64,000 bases of DNA from a virus (Duplodnaviria; Heunggongvirae; Uroviricota; Caudoviricetes): positions 1-64,000 of the IMG/VR virus record IMGVR_UViG_3300018878_000133, one strand, 5' to 3'. The notes below the pieces were generated by a model, which saw nothing but the letters and a program-made list of their open reading frames with translations, searched no databases and was not told where the DNA came from. The translations under genes and the position numbers were made by a program. Below, in pieces: positions 63,199-64,000 of this stretch (position 1 is the first letter of the stretch; each line of letters opens with the position of its first letter).

Positions 63199-63465
63199 AT
63201 GAATTGTTGTGTATGTGGTAGAGCTGGTAGTGATGTTGAAGAACATAAAAATACTTTAACAAATCAAATGGCTCCATATTGTTTAGATTGCTTATGGAGT
63301 GGTCGCGAGCCTTATAAAGATTTAGTTGATTTTGGTTGGGACTTTGGCTGGTTTAATAAAACATATCAGCAAAAAGTGATTATCCCAACGTTAACTTTTA
63401 ATAATAAAACTGTACAGCAATTTAATGAAGAAGTAAGAAAGAAACGAGCTGAAAAATATAATTAA
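63199..63465 (+). CDS. small Cys-containing protein
   Basis: 'MNCCVCGRAGS...CLDCLW' putative metal-binding; 88 aa. Confidence 0.4.
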   Translation: MNCCVCGRAGSDVEEHKNTLTNQMAPYCLDCLWSGREPYKDLVDFGWDFGWFNKTYQQKVIIPTLTFNNKTVQQFNEEVRKKRAEKYN

Positions 63466-63475
63466 GGAGGTACAT

Positions 63476-64000
63476 ATGTCTGTTTTTGTAATGATGGTAG
63501 GTTTACCTGGAAGTGGTAAAAGTACTTTTATTGAACGTAATTATCCTAATTATAGCGTACATAGTAGCGATGCTATTAGAGAAGAACTGTCTGGCGATGT
63601 AAATAACCAAAATATTAATAAGCAGGTGTTTGAACTCCTGCACAAGCGCGTAAAAGAAGACCTTTCTGACGGAAAGAACGTAGTATATGATGCAACTAAT
63701 ATCAGTTGGAAGCGTCGTAAGGCATTTTTACAAGAATTAACTAATATAGATTGTTTTAAGCGATGTATTATTATGGCTACTCCTTTTGAATTATGCGTTC
63801 AAAGAAATCAGGAGCGATCTCGTGTGGTGCCTTACCATGTACTTGAACGTATGTATAAGAGCTTTGATATCCCATGGTACAATGAAGGTTGGAATATGAT
63901 TGAAATTGCTTATGCAAATGCAGAAGCTATGAGCAAATATGGCGATTGGAGCCATTTTGTTACTGACCATTTCGATTTTAATCAGGAAAGTAAATGGCAT
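63476..64000 (+). CDS. polynucleotide-kinase-like P-loop kinase (T4 Pnk kinase-domain-like), 3'-truncated by window
   Basis: RBS AAGGAGG. 'MMVGLPGSGKSTFIE' Walker A; '...SRVVPYHVLERMYKSF' parallels T4 Pnk '...KAVPIDVLRSMYKSM'. No stop before nt 64000. Confidence 0.6.
   Translation, partial: MSVFVMMVGLPGSGKSTFIERNYPNYSVHSSDAIREELSGDVNNQNINKQVFELLHKRVKEDLSDGKNVVYDATNISWKRRKAFLQELTNIDCFKRCIIMATPFELCVQRNQERSRVVPYHVLERMYKSFDIPWYNEGWNMIEIAYANAEAMSKYGDWSHFVTDHFDFNQESKWH

Noticed and set aside
1-64000. CRISPR array, integrase/att sites, transposase.
   Set aside because: No regularly spaced direct repeats with unique spacers were found. No tyrosine/serine recombinase or transposase motifs were seen among the ORFs. 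The only mobile-type gene is the GIY-YIG endonuclease.

Overview
Low-GC (~35%) phage or prophage segment, almost entirely plus-strand coding, with four blocks.

- **1–7.5 kb, accessory/early-like genes.** A 5'-truncated HNH endonuclease, a dNMP-kinase-like protein, an SPFH/band-7 protein with a membrane partner, DUF488, and a phage-encoded FolD.
- **7.5–44.9 kb, virion/adsorption/lysis module.** At least six paralogous fibre proteins share the N-terminal 'R-G-t-x-W...GE...kIGDG..W..Lp' motif.
  - The largest is a 2584-aa giant with CotH-like and BspA-type LRR regions.
  - Also present: a second CotH-like protein, a GT2 glycosyltransferase, a collagen-like protein, and a CHAP+tail-lysozyme protein.
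  - The lysis genes are an M23 peptidase with 3 SLH repeats and an Amidase_3 endolysin, followed by holin candidates.
- **45–58.5 kb, AT-rich control region and tRNA island.** A hypothetical 665-aa ORF is followed by an ~11-kb tRNA island.
  - Called: 17 cloverleaf tRNAs (15 canonical plus two irregular) and 8 aberrant tRNA-like elements.
  - The aberrant elements include tRNAs whose anticodon loops carry 16–80-nt insertions (two insertions are themselves tRNA-shaped), a permuted T-arm/D-arm element, and arm-less or minihelix elements.
  - Interspersed are three ORF-free, GC-elevated structured stretches of 570–740 nt.
  - A free-standing GIY-YIG homing endonuclease and a second tail-lysozyme-domain protein sit inside the island.
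- **58.5–64 kb, candidate RNA-end-repair cluster.** A P-loop kinase-fold NTPase, a Thg1-like tRNA 3'-5' nucleotidyltransferase, a calcineurin-type phosphoesterase, a Pol-beta-type nucleotidyltransferase, and a T4-Pnk-like kinase (3'-truncated).

Two recurrent promoter-like motifs are visible: TTGTATAAT in the tRNA/early regions and TGCTAAATTATA ~40 nt upstream of structural genes. No CRISPR array, rRNA or integrase was seen.
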